From positions 3,025 through 67,024 of the forward strand of contig JABDFU010000004.1 in NCBI GenBank assembly GCA_013286385.1: a DNA stretch of 64,000 nucleotides, read 5' to 3'. Positions 31,763-42,832 of this stretch are shown in pieces. A model generated the notes under the pieces. The model searched no databases. It saw nothing but the letters and a program-made list of their open reading frames with translations, and had not been told where the DNA came from. Numbering within the stretch: the first letter of the stretch is position 1; every line of letters begins with the position of its first letter. The position numbers were made by a program, and so were the translations under genes. The stretch comes from Bacteroidota bacterium. GTDB taxonomy: Bacteria; Bacteroidota; Bacteroidia; JABDFU01.

Positions 31763-33072
31763 GGCCTACCCATCGGTTTTCAGGCGAAATTTTCAAGTCC
31801 TCTGTTTTTTGGATGCTGATTTTTTCCTTTCTGCTCAAAACCTTTTTTCTGTTTTTTTTTTCACCCCCTTTCAGGCTCTGGGAAGATCATACGATCGCAT
31901 TAAATATTTTAAGCACCGGTAATTTTTACATCGACATAGACGGAGCGGTAAACCATAGCTTTCAATTTCCCGTCTACCCAACTATTCTGTCGGTACTTTA
32001 CCTGGTTTTCGGCTGCCATCCCATTGTCGCCTGCCTTTACAACAATTTCATTAATCTGCTTACGGGTTTTGTGCTGGCCGGATTATTAAAAGAATTCCTT
32101 GCCTGCCTGAACCTGTCTTTTCTATCGGAAAAGAAAAGAAAATCAGTTATACGGTTAACTGTTTTTGCCTATATCCTTCACCCCGCAATTAATTTTTACA
32201 CCCTCTGCAATGTTCACCCTTTTATCCAGAACATGTTCTTTTTGCTTCTGGCCACTTCAATGGGCTTGAGGCTTGCAAAGAGAGTGTCTTCACCGCAAAC
32301 TCCGGACAGAAAACACACCCTGGTATTTGGTCTTGTTTTAGGCCTGGCCATTCTTGACCGGGGAACCGCATTGTTTTCAATACTCCCATTTACCCTTGTC
32401 CTTTTTTTCAGAAAGGGGCTAACGAAGACCATTTCTCAACTTGCCCTGATTCTGCCTCTTGCAGTTGCGGTCTGCCTGCCCTGGATCCTTCACAATTATG
32501 CTACCGATAAGATAACCGGGCTTGAATCCGCAGCCGGAAAAGATATGCTTAAGGGGCTCCTGAAGAATTCAGAAGGCAGCAATTATTTATCCGACGGCAG
32601 TTTTTACAGTGAAGCCTTTTCAAAAGCTGAGATGGACCACATTGGGAGGCTCACAGCCGGACAGCAAAACACCTATTACATGCAACGGGTCAGGGATATT
32701 TGGAAAACACATCCTGGATTTGCCATAAAAATGTACCTGATTAAACTCAAAAATTTCTGGTGGTTCAGAACCCGCGCCGGAAATGAACAAAGCCAACGCA
32801 TACAAAAACTTGTTCCGCTTTACAAATCGTTTTACCTCATTGTTTTACTGCTTGTTCTCGCTTCGTTCTATTACTTAAGAGGCAAAGTCCTGATTTTACT
32901 ATCCGTTCCAATGGCGCTTTCGCTGCTTCAGGCAGCTTTTTATGTTGAAACAAGGCATCGCATAATTATTGAACCCCTGTTGATTTTTATTGCGTTGCTC
33001 GCCCTCACTTGCATTTTCTCCAGGACTCGCATGCCTTTTCTCCCGGAAAAGAATAGTAACTTCACAGATTAA
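31759..33072 (+). CDS. Membrane glycosyltransferase-like protein (GT-C/ArnT-like)
   Basis: Multiple TM helices; PVYP, PWILHNY and RHRIIIEP motifs. Confidence 0.6.
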   Translation: MRPTHRFSGEIFKSSVFWMLIFSFLLKTFFLFFFSPPFRLWEDHTIALNILSTGNFYIDIDGAVNHSFQFPVYPTILSVLYLVFGCHPIVACLYNNFINLLTGFVLAGLLKEFLACLNLSFLSEKKRKSVIRLTVFAYILHPAINFYTLCNVHPFIQNMFFLLLATSMGLRLAKRVSSPQTPDRKHTLVFGLVLGLAILDRGTALFSILPFTLVLFFRKGLTKTISQLALILPLAVAVCLPWILHNYATDKITGLESAAGKDMLKGLLKNSEGSNYLSDGSFYSEAFSKAEMDHIGRLTAGQQNTYYMQRVRDIWKTHPGFAIKMYLIKLKNFWWFRTRAGNEQSQRIQKLVPLYKSFYLIVLLLVLASFYYLRGKVLILLSVPMALSLLQAAFYVETRHRIIIEPLLIFIALLALTCIFSRTRMPFLPEKNSNFTD

Positions 33073-33083
33073 ATTTCAGGATC

Positions 33084-34775
33084 ATGGAAAAATTAATTGA
33101 ATGTGTTCCTAATTTCAGCGAAGGAAAGGACTTGCATTTGATCAAACAGATCACCGATGAAATTGAGAAAACAGACGGCGTACGCCTGCTGAATGTTGAT
33201 CCGGGTAAGACCACGAACAGGACTGTCGTTACTTTTGTAGGTACCCCCGAGGCCGTTTGCGAAGCTGCTTTTCAGGCTATCCGAAAAGCAGCTGAACTGA
33301 TAGACATGCGCAAACAGCACGGGGAACATCCCCGGATGGGAGCCACTGATGTATGCCCCCTGATTCCTGTTTCGAATATCAGCATGGAAGAAACGGCCAT
33401 ATGGTCGAAAAAACTTGCCGAAAGGGTCGGAAAAGAACTGAACATTCCGGTCTATTTATATGAAAATTCCCAACCCAATCCTTTACGCAAAAACCTTTCC
33501 CTCATCCGTTCGGGTGAATACGAAGGCTTTTTCAAAAAAATAACCCAACCGCAGTGGAAACCCGATTTCGGCCCTTCGGTTTTCCCTGCAGCCACCGGAG
33601 CAACGGTGATCGGGGCGCGTGGTTTTCTGGTAGCCTACAATATCAATCTGAATACAACTTCTGTCAGACGCGCAAATGCCATAGCTTTTGATGTCAGAGA
33701 AACAGGAAGAGTGAAACGAGAAGGCCATCCTGTTACCGGAAAACCAATAACAGACAGCAAAGGAGAGCCGGTCTATATTCCTGGGACGCTGAAATCGGTA
33801 AAAGCCATAGGCTGGTACATTGAAGAATTTGGCATTGCCCAGATATCTATGAACCTGACCGACATTTCGGTTACTCCGGTACATGCAGCTTTCGAGGAAG
33901 TATCCAAAAAAGCCATGGAAAGGGGCATCCGTGTCACCGGATCTGAATTGGTCGGACTTATTCCTTTAGACGCTTTACTGCAGGCAGGAAGGTATTTTCT
34001 TCACATGCAAAAACGCTCCCTTGGCATCTCTGAAAAAGAGTTGATAAAAATTGCGGTCAAATCATTGGGGCTCGAAGAACTGGGCCCCTTTAAACCTGAC
34101 GAGCGCATAATCGAATATTTACTGGCAGACAAAAGTTCATCAAAACTGGCTAAGCTTTCGCTAAAGGAATTTTCAGAAGAAACGGCTTCTGAAAGCTCTG
34201 CTCCGGGAGGGGGTTCTGTTTCAGCCTACCTGGGATCATTGGGTGCGGCTCTTGGAACCATGGTCGCCAATCTTTCTGCTCACAAACCCGGATGGGACGA
34301 ACACTGGGAGGAATTTTCAAAATGGGCCGAAAAAGGGATGGTTCTGCAAACCCGGCTTCTTGCGCTGGTTGATGAAGACTGCTCTTCGTTTAACAATATA
34401 ATGGCGGCCTTTTCGCTTCCCAAATCCACTGCCGAAGAAAAGAACAGGAGAACTCAGGAAATACAAAGGGCTACTAAAACTGCCACAGAGGTGCCGCTGC
34501 AGGTGATGGAACTCAGTCTGAAGTCCATGGAACTGATTCAGGCTATGGTAGAAAAAGGAAATCCCAATTCTGTTTCGGATGCAGGTGTTGCGGCCTTGTG
34601 TGCCAGAAGTGCGGTAATGGGAGCGTATCTGAATGTCACCATTAACGCCAAAGGCCTTCAGGACAAAACGCTTGCACAGCAACTAATAAGCAAAGGAAAG
34701 GCGCTGCAGGAAAAGGCTGGTGCCCTGGAAACATCAGTGCTATCAGCTGTTAGCGCTAAAATAAACGGAAATTAG
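33084..34775 (+). CDS. ftcd: Glutamate formimidoyltransferase-cyclodeaminase (bifunctional)
   Basis: ECVPNFSEG, GEHPRMGATDVCP; C-terminal APGGGSVSA and GNPNSVSDAGV. Confidence 0.95.
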   Translation: MEKLIECVPNFSEGKDLHLIKQITDEIEKTDGVRLLNVDPGKTTNRTVVTFVGTPEAVCEAAFQAIRKAAELIDMRKQHGEHPRMGATDVCPLIPVSNISMEETAIWSKKLAERVGKELNIPVYLYENSQPNPLRKNLSLIRSGEYEGFFKKITQPQWKPDFGPSVFPAATGATVIGARGFLVAYNINLNTTSVRRANAIAFDVRETGRVKREGHPVTGKPITDSKGEPVYIPGTLKSVKAIGWYIEEFGIAQISMNLTDISVTPVHAAFEEVSKKAMERGIRVTGSELVGLIPLDALLQAGRYFLHMQKRSLGISEKELIKIAVKSLGLEELGPFKPDERIIEYLLADKSSSKLAKLSLKEFSEETASESSAPGGGSVSAYLGSLGAALGTMVANLSAHKPGWDEHWEEFSKWAEKGMVLQTRLLALVDEDCSSFNNIMAAFSLPKSTAEEKNRRTQEIQRATKTATEVPLQVMELSLKSMELIQAMVEKGNPNSVSDAGVAALCARSAVMGAYLNVTINAKGLQDKTLAQQLISKGKALQEKAGALETSVLSAVSAKINGN

Positions 34776-34788
34776 GTACAACCTTCTT

Positions 34789-37050
34789 ATGAACAGGATT
34801 CTGGCGAGGTACGATGTGTTGCGGAGGTTCGTTTTTTCCTTCTCCATTCAGTTGTTGATGGTTCATTTCAAAAAGAACCTCACCATGATGATCTTCTGGC
34901 TGGTTCTGTTCGGTATTGTAAACGGATCCGTCGCTTCAAAATATGGTGTTTCCTTTCTTTTTCTAAGCCCGGAGTATTTTGACCGGGTAAATTTTCTTTC
35001 GTATTTCATCGTGGGATTTGCTGTAGGGGGATTTATAATGGCATTCAACATTTCCAGTTATATCATGAACGGCTACCGATTCCCTTTCATCGCTACGCTC
35101 TACAATCCCTTTTTAAAATATTGTATCAACAATTCCGTTTTGCCGTTTACTTTCGTTGCCACTTACCTGTATAAAGTTTACCAGTTTCAACTGAGCGAAA
35201 AAGTCTTTGCCACTGTTCATATTCTCTTTCTGGAGTCCGGATTTTTAGCCGGACTCATACTTTTTGTTTTTCTCTCGGTGTCCTATTTCTTTACGATCAA
35301 CAAGGACATCTACAAAATGTTCGGTGTAAGGGGTCAGGAAGCGATCAGAGAAAGAGAAAGAATAGGCAAGCAAAGGCTGGAATGGAAAAACCTGAACCTG
35401 ATCAAAGAATCCCGCGACTGGTATGTTGAAACCTACTGGACCCTGCCCTTTGTAAACCGGCTTGTAAGGCCGGTTCGCCATTACAAAAAAGAAATGCTCC
35501 GGAAAGTTTTTAAACAAAATCACCAAAATGCGTTTTTCTTTGTCCTGATTTGTACGGTAACCTTGTTTGTGCTGAGCTTTTTTCAGGACAAACCTTTTTT
35601 CATCATTCCGGCCGGTGCCAGCATACTGCTTTTATTTACCATGTTTATCATGCTGACCAGCGCGCTTTACGTCTGGATAAGGGGTTGGGCAAGCCTGCTG
35701 CTGATTCTGATTTTTCTTACCGTCAACGGACTTTACAAGCTCGACGTGTTTAACAATAGCAATAAAGCGTACGGACTCAATTACGATACCGTGAAAGCTT
35801 CCTTTACCAATTCGGTGCTGGACAAAATGAACTGTGATTCCCTTCAGCGGGAGGCTGACATACGCTATACCATTGAAATCCTCAACAAGTGGAGGCTTAA
35901 AAACATCAGCGCAAACGAAAAAAAACCCAAGCTGGTGCTTATCAATGCTCCCGGAGGTGGATTACGGGCCTCTCTCTGGACCTTTTATTCCCTGCAATAC
36001 GCAGACAGTGTCCTGGGGGGTGAACTGCTCAAACATACCGAACTCATCACGGGGTCCTCAGGCGGAATGATAGGTGCAGCCTATCTAAGGGAACTTTACT
36101 GGAGAAAACAAACCGGACGACTAAACAGCACTCATTTTTCGGAATACGTAAACAATATGGGTAAGGACGTTCTGAATCCGATTGCCTTTAGCCTGGCCGT
36201 AAACGATTTTTTCTTTCCGCTTCAGAAAGTAAAAAAAGGCTCTTTTCAATACAATAAGGACCGGGGCTATGCATTTGAATGGAAGTTAAACCTCAACACA
36301 GACGGCATTCTCAACCGCTCCCTGCACGACTACCTCCAGCCCGAAAAAGAGGCAATCCTTCCCTTGATGATCTTTTCCCCCACTGTGGCTAATGACGGAA
36401 GAAAACTATTTATTTCAGCTCAACCCATATCCTATCTCTGCCAGAATTATTTTACCCAAAATGCTCATGTACAGCCCCTTTACGACGGAATTGAATATTC
36501 CCGCTTTTTTGAACCCCAGGGCGCTCAGAACACCCGGTTCAGCAGCGTACTGAGAATGAGCGCAACCTTCCCTTATGTTTCACCAATCGTTTCGCTTCCG
36601 AGCGAACCCCGCATCGAAGTACTGGATGCAGGAATGAGGGACAATTTCGGATTGGAAACTTCGCTTAAATTTCTTTTTGCTTTCCGTAACTGGATAACCA
36701 GCAATACAAGTGGTGTTGTTATTATTCAGATAAGGGACAAAAAGAAAGAGTCTCCGATTGACGAAAACCCAACCCGGGATATTCTTCAGAATGCAGTTTT
36801 GCCCCTGGGCTTATTGTACAGCAACCTGTTTAACATTCAGGATCTGAATCAAAATCAGCTACTGCAATATGCAAGTCTGTGGTTTGACCAGCAGGTTGAC
36901 ATTATCAACCTTGAAATGAAAAGAACTAAAGTGGATAATATTTCCCTGAGCTGGCACCTTACCAATAACGAGAAAAGCAGGATTCTTGAATCAGTTAACC
37001 TAAAGGAAAATCAACAATCCATTCAGAAACTGAAAGAATTGCTGAATTAA
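34789..37050 (+). CDS. Membrane protein with patatin-like phospholipase domain
   Basis: N-terminal TMs; GGGLRA, GSSGG and DAG motifs. Confidence 0.8.
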   Translation: MNRILARYDVLRRFVFSFSIQLLMVHFKKNLTMMIFWLVLFGIVNGSVASKYGVSFLFLSPEYFDRVNFLSYFIVGFAVGGFIMAFNISSYIMNGYRFPFIATLYNPFLKYCINNSVLPFTFVATYLYKVYQFQLSEKVFATVHILFLESGFLAGLILFVFLSVSYFFTINKDIYKMFGVRGQEAIRERERIGKQRLEWKNLNLIKESRDWYVETYWTLPFVNRLVRPVRHYKKEMLRKVFKQNHQNAFFFVLICTVTLFVLSFFQDKPFFIIPAGASILLLFTMFIMLTSALYVWIRGWASLLLILIFLTVNGLYKLDVFNNSNKAYGLNYDTVKASFTNSVLDKMNCDSLQREADIRYTIEILNKWRLKNISANEKKPKLVLINAPGGGLRASLWTFYSLQYADSVLGGELLKHTELITGSSGGMIGAAYLRELYWRKQTGRLNSTHFSEYVNNMGKDVLNPIAFSLAVNDFFFPLQKVKKGSFQYNKDRGYAFEWKLNLNTDGILNRSLHDYLQPEKEAILPLMIFSPTVANDGRKLFISAQPISYLCQNYFTQNAHVQPLYDGIEYSRFFEPQGAQNTRFSSVLRMSATFPYVSPIVSLPSEPRIEVLDAGMRDNFGLETSLKFLFAFRNWITSNTSGVVIIQIRDKKKESPIDENPTRDILQNAVLPLGLLYSNLFNIQDLNQNQLLQYASLWFDQQVDIINLEMKRTKVDNISLSWHLTNNEKSRILESVNLKENQQSIQKLKELLN

Positions 37051-37247
37051 TTCAAAATTAACTCCAGTTTACCCAACAGGTTGTTATCCCTTATACTCAA
37101 AGCTTTGGAATAGTTAAGTATACTGGCAATAACCAGTTCTGAAGGGTTTCTGTCACCTGAACCTCGGGCCAGGGAATCAGCCCGGGAAACTGATTTGTTT
37201 TTTGAACTTAATTTGAACAGCTGGTTCAGCGTAGTAGTTTTGCTCAT
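37047..37247 (-). CDS. Small hypothetical protein downstream of the sigma factor
   Basis: PS..VI.SILNYSKALS...LILN resembles small proteins that follow this sigma factor in Bacteroidota. Confidence 0.65.
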   Translation of the reverse strand: MSKTTTLNQLFKLSSKNKSVSRADSLARGSGDRNPSELVIASILNYSKALSIRDNNLLGKLELILN

Positions 37248-37338
37248 GCAAATCGGGCTTTTGTTTGTTTACTCACAACAATTTGTTTACGTACAAATAA
37301 CGCGGGTAAAACAGCCTTATTGCATCAACAGAAAAAAA

Positions 37339-37941
37339 TTATGTAGATAAAACCAAGCCCTTTTCGCTAACCATTTTACGCAGGTTAATCAGAGCATACC
37401 TCATCCGGCCAAGGGCCGTATTAATGCTTACATTGGTAGATTCGGCAATCTCTTTAAAGCTCATATCATAATAGTGCCGCATCATCAGAACCTCCCTCTG
37501 ATCCTCGGGAAGCTTGGTTACAAGTTTTCTTAAGTCCTTGTTAATCTGACGTTTAGTAATATCTTCCTCAGCCGTTGGTTCATCGTTCTGAATTAGGTCA
37601 AAAATATCAAACTCCTCTCCGTCTTCATTGGCCCCACCGCTTACTGTAGGCATGCGGCTGTCTTTGCGAAAATGATCAATCATTAGGTTATGAGCTATGC
37701 GCTCAACCCAGGGCAGAAACTTCCCTTCTTCATTGTACTGTCCCCTGCGGAGGGTATTGATGACCTTAAAAAAGGTTTCCTGAAATACGTCATTGGCCAG
37801 ATCCCGGTCACTGGATATAGTCATGATATAGGAAAACAGTCGTCTTTTGTGGCGGTGAACCAAAGTTTCAAGAGCTGACTCTTCGCCCTTCATATACAGA
37901 TTTACAAGCTGATGGTCGTCCATTAACTGCTGCGTACTCAT
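37339..37941 (-). CDS. ECF-type RNA polymerase sigma-70 factor
   Basis: DVFQETFFK, W..RIAHNL.ID, SFKEIA...SINTALGRMRYA. Confidence 0.93.
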   Translation of the reverse strand: MSTQQLMDDHQLVNLYMKGEESALETLVHRHKRRLFSYIMTISSDRDLANDVFQETFFKVINTLRRGQYNEEGKFLPWVERIAHNLMIDHFRKDSRMPTVSGGANEDGEEFDIFDLIQNDEPTAEEDITKRQINKDLRKLVTKLPEDQREVLMMRHYYDMSFKEIAESTNVSINTALGRMRYALINLRKMVSEKGLVLST

Positions 37942-38126
37942 AGGTACCTCCTTTTTTATGTTTAGTTAGCACTAAATAAAAAAGTAGCAGTTGTCTATTA
38001 ATGGATCCGTTTAAGAAGTTAAACGCTGCAATAAACCGAATATTGCATACGCTGTACTAATTTTTACGCTACAAATATGTAACATATCGGGCAGAAAAGC
38101 AAATTAATAAGTATGTATCTTTCGTC

Positions 38127-39038
38127 ATGCAATTACTTAAAAAAATGTGCTCCATTCAGGCTCCCTCGGGGAATGAAAAAGCGATGACGGCATTTGTTCT
38201 GGATTATGTAAAAAAGAACAAATCAAAATGGGTGGTTCAACCCAGAATATACAAAGGGAAAGATTTCCAGGATTGTCTGCTGTTGGTTTTCGGCAAGCCA
38301 CGAACGGCAGTTTTTGCCCACCTCGACGCTATCGGATTCACCGTCCGATACAACAAGGAATTGATAAAAATAGGCGGGCCCCGGACTGAAAACGGTTATG
38401 CTCTGGTAGGCAAGGATAGTATAGGAAAAATTGAATGCCGGCTAAACGTAGCCAAAGACAACAAGCTCAGTTATACGTTTAACCGCGAAATCGACAGAGG
38501 TACTTCCCTGACGTTCAAACCCGATTTCAGGGAATCGGTATCCCATGTCCAATGCTGTTATCTGGACAATCGTTTAGGTGTATGGAATGCACTGAAAGTC
38601 GCTGAAACCCTTAAAAACGGCATTATTGCGTTCTCCTGCTGGGAGGAACAGGGAGGTGGAAGCGTGGAATACCTGGCTCGGTTTATATACAAAAAATTCA
38701 AGGTCAGGCAAGCCCTTATAAGTGATATTACATGGGTAACAGAAGGAATTAAGGCCGGAAAAGGAGTGGCCATTTCTATGCGGGATTCTGGACTTCCGCG
38801 CAGAAGCTATGTCGAAAAAATCATTTCCATTGCCCAAAAAAACAAGCTGACATTTCAGCTCGAAGTCGAAGGAAGCGGAGGAAGTGACGGCAACGCTCTT
38901 CAGCGCTCCCCTTACCCTTTTGACTGGTGTTTTGTAGGCGCGCCCGAAGAACAGGTGCACTCACCAAATGAAAAGGTACACAAAGACGACATTCAAAGCA
39001 TGACCAAAATGTATCAGGTTCTGATGAAGGAATTGTAA
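38127..39038 (+). CDS. M20/M42-family metallopeptidase
   Basis: AHLD, LDNRLG, WEE, SD and HSPNE metal-ligand motifs. Confidence 0.85.
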   Translation: MQLLKKMCSIQAPSGNEKAMTAFVLDYVKKNKSKWVVQPRIYKGKDFQDCLLLVFGKPRTAVFAHLDAIGFTVRYNKELIKIGGPRTENGYALVGKDSIGKIECRLNVAKDNKLSYTFNREIDRGTSLTFKPDFRESVSHVQCCYLDNRLGVWNALKVAETLKNGIIAFSCWEEQGGGSVEYLARFIYKKFKVRQALISDITWVTEGIKAGKGVAISMRDSGLPRRSYVEKIISIAQKNKLTFQLEVEGSGGSDGNALQRSPYPFDWCFVGAPEEQVHSPNEKVHKDDIQSMTKMYQVLMKEL

Positions 39039-39062
39039 CGCTGATCAGACAGTACCGAAGGC

Positions 39063-39791
39063 TTATTCCTCCACTTTGTGGTGAAGACTTTGTTCAGCGC
39101 TCTGCTTAATAATATGATGGGAGGTTTCCACACCCAGATAGCGATCAATGGCATGATGAACAACATAAATCACCGGCGTCAGTAGAATCGCAATGATCAG
39201 CTTAATGCTGTAATCGGTCAGCGCCGTATTGAAAAAAATGCCGGTACTCATTTTTCCGGGGAGCCAAAAAGCAATTCCCAGCACCACAAAAGTATCCACA
39301 AGCTGCGACACAACGGTAGAACCGGTCGAACGCAGCCACATCATTTTTCCTCCTGTTTTGTCCCGTAACAGCCAGAAAATAAAAACATCCACAAACTGAG
39401 AAGTCAGAAAAGCGATAATACTTCCGACAATGATCCACATGCTTTGCCCGAAAACTGCATTGAATTGGTTGTCGTTTACTGATGCAGAAATAGGTGCAGC
39501 ATGGACGCGGGTTGCAAACAACAACAAAATAAAGGTGTAAGAAATCAGTCCTGCCGTAAGCAGTGAAAGCTTTCGCACGCCTTTGGTACCAAAATATTCA
39601 TTGATAATGTCTGTTGCTATGAATACCACAGGCCACGGAATAATACCGATACTCATAATAAAGGGGCCTTTTCCGAAAAAGGGTCCAAGTGCAATCAGCT
39701 TTGATCCGATCAACTCAGCGACTACCGCGTTTGTTATAAAAAAACCGGCCAGTACGATAAATACAATGTCCTTTCTTGAACTGAAAATCAT
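39063..39791 (-). CDS. VUT-family (YhhQ-like) queuosine-precursor transporter
   Basis: TDIINEYFG, SQFVDV, WLRSTGSTVVSQLVDT motifs. Confidence 0.88.
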   Translation of the reverse strand: MIFSSRKDIVFIVLAGFFITNAVVAELIGSKLIALGPFFGKGPFIMSIGIIPWPVVFIATDIINEYFGTKGVRKLSLLTAGLISYTFILLLFATRVHAAPISASVNDNQFNAVFGQSMWIIVGSIIAFLTSQFVDVFIFWLLRDKTGGKMMWLRSTGSTVVSQLVDTFVVLGIAFWLPGKMSTGIFFNTALTDYSIKLIIAILLTPVIYVVHHAIDRYLGVETSHHIIKQSAEQSLHHKVEE

Positions 39792-39804
39792 GGCATTACT
39801 GGTT

Positions 39805-41085
39805 TTAAAGCGTTGTTAAAAATTCCTCAATCGAAGCATAAATGGATTTTAATTCTGATTCTGAAATGCAATACGGAGGCAACACATAAATAATATTGCC
39901 CAGTGGTCTCATCAGAATACCCTTGCTTATGAAAAACGCATAGGCCCTTTTCCGAAGATCATTGAAATACGAAGTTACTCCCGATGTTTTCAATTGAATC
40001 GCCAGAATTGTCCCTTTGCTTCTGGCCTCGACGACTTTCGGGTTTCCTGTCAATCCGGAAGCGAATTTACTATGCATCCTTGAGATCAGGTCTACCGAGG
40101 CAAATACATCCGTTCTTTCAAATACTTCCAGGCTCCCGATTGCCGCAGCACAGGCAATCGGATTGGCGGTGTACGAATGGCCGTGAAAAAAAGCAGAGGT
40201 CCCGTTTCTTTCAAAACTTTCGTAAATGTCGGCACTGCTGGAGGTAATTCCCATGGCCATTGTTCCACCGGTAAGGCCTTTGGACAGACAAAACAGATCG
40301 GGCTTTTCCTGAATCTGATCACAGGCAAAGAACGTTCCGGTACGTCCGAACCCGGTCATGACCTCATCTGCAATAGTAAGGATAGAATTTTCCCGGCAAA
40401 CGGCAAGCATTTCGCTGAGGATGCCGGGTTCATACATGAGCATCCCGGCGGTACCCAGCACCAGAGGTTCGAAAATAAAGCAGGCGTACGCTGAAGCCAT
40501 TTTGCCCGAACACCTGTTCTTCAACTCCTGTAAGACAGTCGCTTCCTGTCCTTTCAGGGGCACATCAATGTAGTCTACGTCAAACAAAAAACTCCGGAAG
40601 GGTTCGGTGAAAGCACCCCGTTCGCTTACTGACATGGCCCCGAAGGTATCCCCATGATAAGAGTTTTTAAACGCCAGTACTTTTTTCCTGGGCTGGCCTT
40701 TGTTGTATCCGTATTGAATCGCCATTTTAAGGGCAACTTCCACTGCTGTGGATCCGTTGTCCGAGAAAAACAGCTTACTCTGATTGGAGGGAAGTCTGGA
40801 CAGAAGCTTTCCCGCAAGCACAACTGCCGGTTCATGGGTAAAGCCCGAAAAAATAACATGATCAAGTTTCTTCAGCTGATTACCTACGCATTCAGCGATG
40901 TGCGGATGCGAATGCCCGTGAATAGTGGTCCACCAGGATGAAATAGCATCTATGTATTTTTTACCGTTCTGATCAATTATGCAGGAACCCGAAGCGGATG
41001 CGACCGGAACCGGAATCCCGTAAAGGTCCTTATCTGAATAAGGATGCCAGACCGTCTTTCGGTCCCGTTCAATAAGACTGCTCAT
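39805..41085 (-). CDS. bioA: Adenosylmethionine-8-amino-7-oxononanoate transaminase
   Basis: VWHPY, SSWW, YHGDTFG, ADEVMTGFGRTG, SKGLTGG, RPLGN. Confidence 0.95.
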   Translation of the reverse strand: MSSLIERDRKTVWHPYSDKDLYGIPVPVASASGSCIIDQNGKKYIDAISSWWTTIHGHSHPHIAECVGNQLKKLDHVIFSGFTHEPAVVLAGKLLSRLPSNQSKLFFSDNGSTAVEVALKMAIQYGYNKGQPRKKVLAFKNSYHGDTFGAMSVSERGAFTEPFRSFLFDVDYIDVPLKGQEATVLQELKNRCSGKMASAYACFIFEPLVLGTAGMLMYEPGILSEMLAVCRENSILTIADEVMTGFGRTGTFFACDQIQEKPDLFCLSKGLTGGTMAMGITSSSADIYESFERNGTSAFFHGHSYTANPIACAAAIGSLEVFERTDVFASVDLISRMHSKFASGLTGNPKVVEARSKGTILAIQLKTSGVTSYFNDLRKRAYAFFISKGILMRPLGNIIYVLPPYCISESELKSIYASIEEFLTTL

Positions 41086-41696
41086 ATCCCCTGAAATTGA
41101 GTTACGTTTTTAAGAACACTGGTCCTGCCGAATCCCGGTTCAAAAGGGATGTGCCCCAGTTTTTTTAAGCCGCTTTGCTTTAAAATCACCTGTTCGGATG
41201 CGCCGTTGATCTCGCCCGAAAAAATAATTCCCAGAACGGACAGCTTTCGGCGTTTGAGTTCGGCGCAGGTCAACAGGCTGTGATTGATACTGCCCAGGTA
41301 AAAATTGACAACCAGGATCACCCCCGCATTCAGGTGTCCAATCAGATCGGCTACCAGTTCGTTTTCATTTAAAGGAACCAGCAGTCCTCCTGCCCCTTCA
41401 ATAACCAAAGTCTGATTTGCCGATTCGGGTAAAGTAATTTTGCCCAACTCGATACGGATTCCTTCTTTTTCAGCCGCAGCGTGAGGCGATGCGGCTTCCT
41501 TCAGGCAATAGGCTTCCCGATGAATACGGCTTTTCGTATTGCTGATCAACCTTCGTACCGTTTCAGCATCAGTCTCCGGCTCAGTTCCGCACTGCACGGG
41601 TTTCCAGTAATCCGCTTTCAAAGCTTCTGTTATAACAGCAGATGCGATGGTCTTCCCGGTGTCCGTACCAATTCCGGTTATAAAAATTTTTCTCAT
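41082..41696 (-). CDS. bioD: Dethiobiotin synthase
   Basis: TGIGTDTGKT, KPVQ, SPH, EGAGG, LGSINH. Confidence 0.95.
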   Translation of the reverse strand: MRKIFITGIGTDTGKTIASAVITEALKADYWKPVQCGTEPETDAETVRRLISNTKSRIHREAYCLKEAASPHAAAEKEGIRIELGKITLPESANQTLVIEGAGGLLVPLNENELVADLIGHLNAGVILVVNFYLGSINHSLLTCAELKRRKLSVLGIIFSGEINGASEQVILKQSGLKKLGHIPFEPGFGRTSVLKNVTQFQGI

Positions 41697-42823
41697 TTGT
41701 CCGGAGCGTCCAGAACATTATCAATTGCCTTCATCAATCCGTCTATTTGTTCGCTGGTATTAAAACTGTGAATGCAAATCCGTATGCGCTCCTTTCCCTG
41801 AGGAACAGTTGGGCTCGTAATCGGCCTCGCATCATAACCCGAAGCCTGAAGCCCTAAAGCCAGGGCTTTTACCCGCTTGTTTCCACTGACCAACAGGTGC
41901 TGGATAGGACCAGGATTTTTACTTATGGTAATCGCTTGCGTTACTTTTTGGTTAAAATACTGAATCCTGCTGTGCAGTTCTGATTTTGCAAGGGGATGCC
42001 TTTCGAGCATCTCGTAAGCGCATCGTATAGCCTGAAGACTGTACAAAGGTAACGCAGTCGAAAATATAAAAGGCCGTGAAAAATTAACCAAATGATCCCT
42101 CAGACTACTGCTTCCCAAAACAATCGCCCCATGGCAACCCAACGCTTTCCCGAATGTGTGAAGCCGGGCAAACACCGACTTTTGCAATCCCAGTTCACTT
42201 ACCCTTCCTTCCCCTCTGTTGCTATTGCCATAGAGACCGGTGGCATGGGCTTCGTCAACAATCAGGCCCGCCTTGTAAACCCGGCAAAGTTCAGTTAATT
42301 CGGACAACGGAGAAAAGTCCCCGTCCATTGAATACAGCGACTCCACAGCCACGTATAATTGACCGACCGCCTTCGTCAGGAGCTGCTCAAGGTGTTTCAG
42401 GTCATTGTGTCTGAATTTATAGGTATGGGCATGACTCAGTCTTAATCCATCGATCACCGAGGCATGTATCATTTCGTCGTAAAGAATAGTATCTCCCCTG
42501 CCGGCAATACAGGAAAACAAACCCAGATTGGCATCGTATCCCGAGTTAAAAAGCAATCCGCAATCCGCCTGGTGGTATTCGGCAATAAAAGTTTCCAGTG
42601 CTTCGGCTTCCGTTGAATTCCCACTCAGCAGACGTGATCCGGTCGAACCGTTGACTCTTCTGACATCTGTAATCTTCTGCAAGGCAATTAACTTATGCAA
42701 TTCCTCTGAACGCGCCAGGCCCAGGTAATCATTTGAAGTAAAATCAATAAGGTCAGAAGGCAAGACCTGTAATGCCCTTAAATTACCTTCTGAAATCCGC
42801 TTGCTAAGAGAACTACTTTGCAT
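41693..42823 (-). CDS. bioF: 8-amino-7-oxononanoate synthase
   Basis: SNDYLGL, GSRLLSG, HAS, SMDGD, DEAH, TFGKA; bio operon context. Confidence 0.92.
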   Translation of the reverse strand: MQSSSLSKRISEGNLRALQVLPSDLIDFTSNDYLGLARSEELHKLIALQKITDVRRVNGSTGSRLLSGNSTEAEALETFIAEYHQADCGLLFNSGYDANLGLFSCIAGRGDTILYDEMIHASVIDGLRLSHAHTYKFRHNDLKHLEQLLTKAVGQLYVAVESLYSMDGDFSPLSELTELCRVYKAGLIVDEAHATGLYGNSNRGEGRVSELGLQKSVFARLHTFGKALGCHGAIVLGSSSLRDHLVNFSRPFIFSTALPLYSLQAIRCAYEMLERHPLAKSELHSRIQYFNQKVTQAITISKNPGPIQHLLVSGNKRVKALALGLQASGYDARPITSPTVPQGKERIRICIHSFNTSEQIDGLMKAIDNVLDAPDK

Positions 42824-42832
42824 AAAGAACAA

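Noticed and set aside
39792-39830. preQ1 riboswitch before the VUT gene
   Set aside because: Only a 13-nt gap after bioA; no motif seen.
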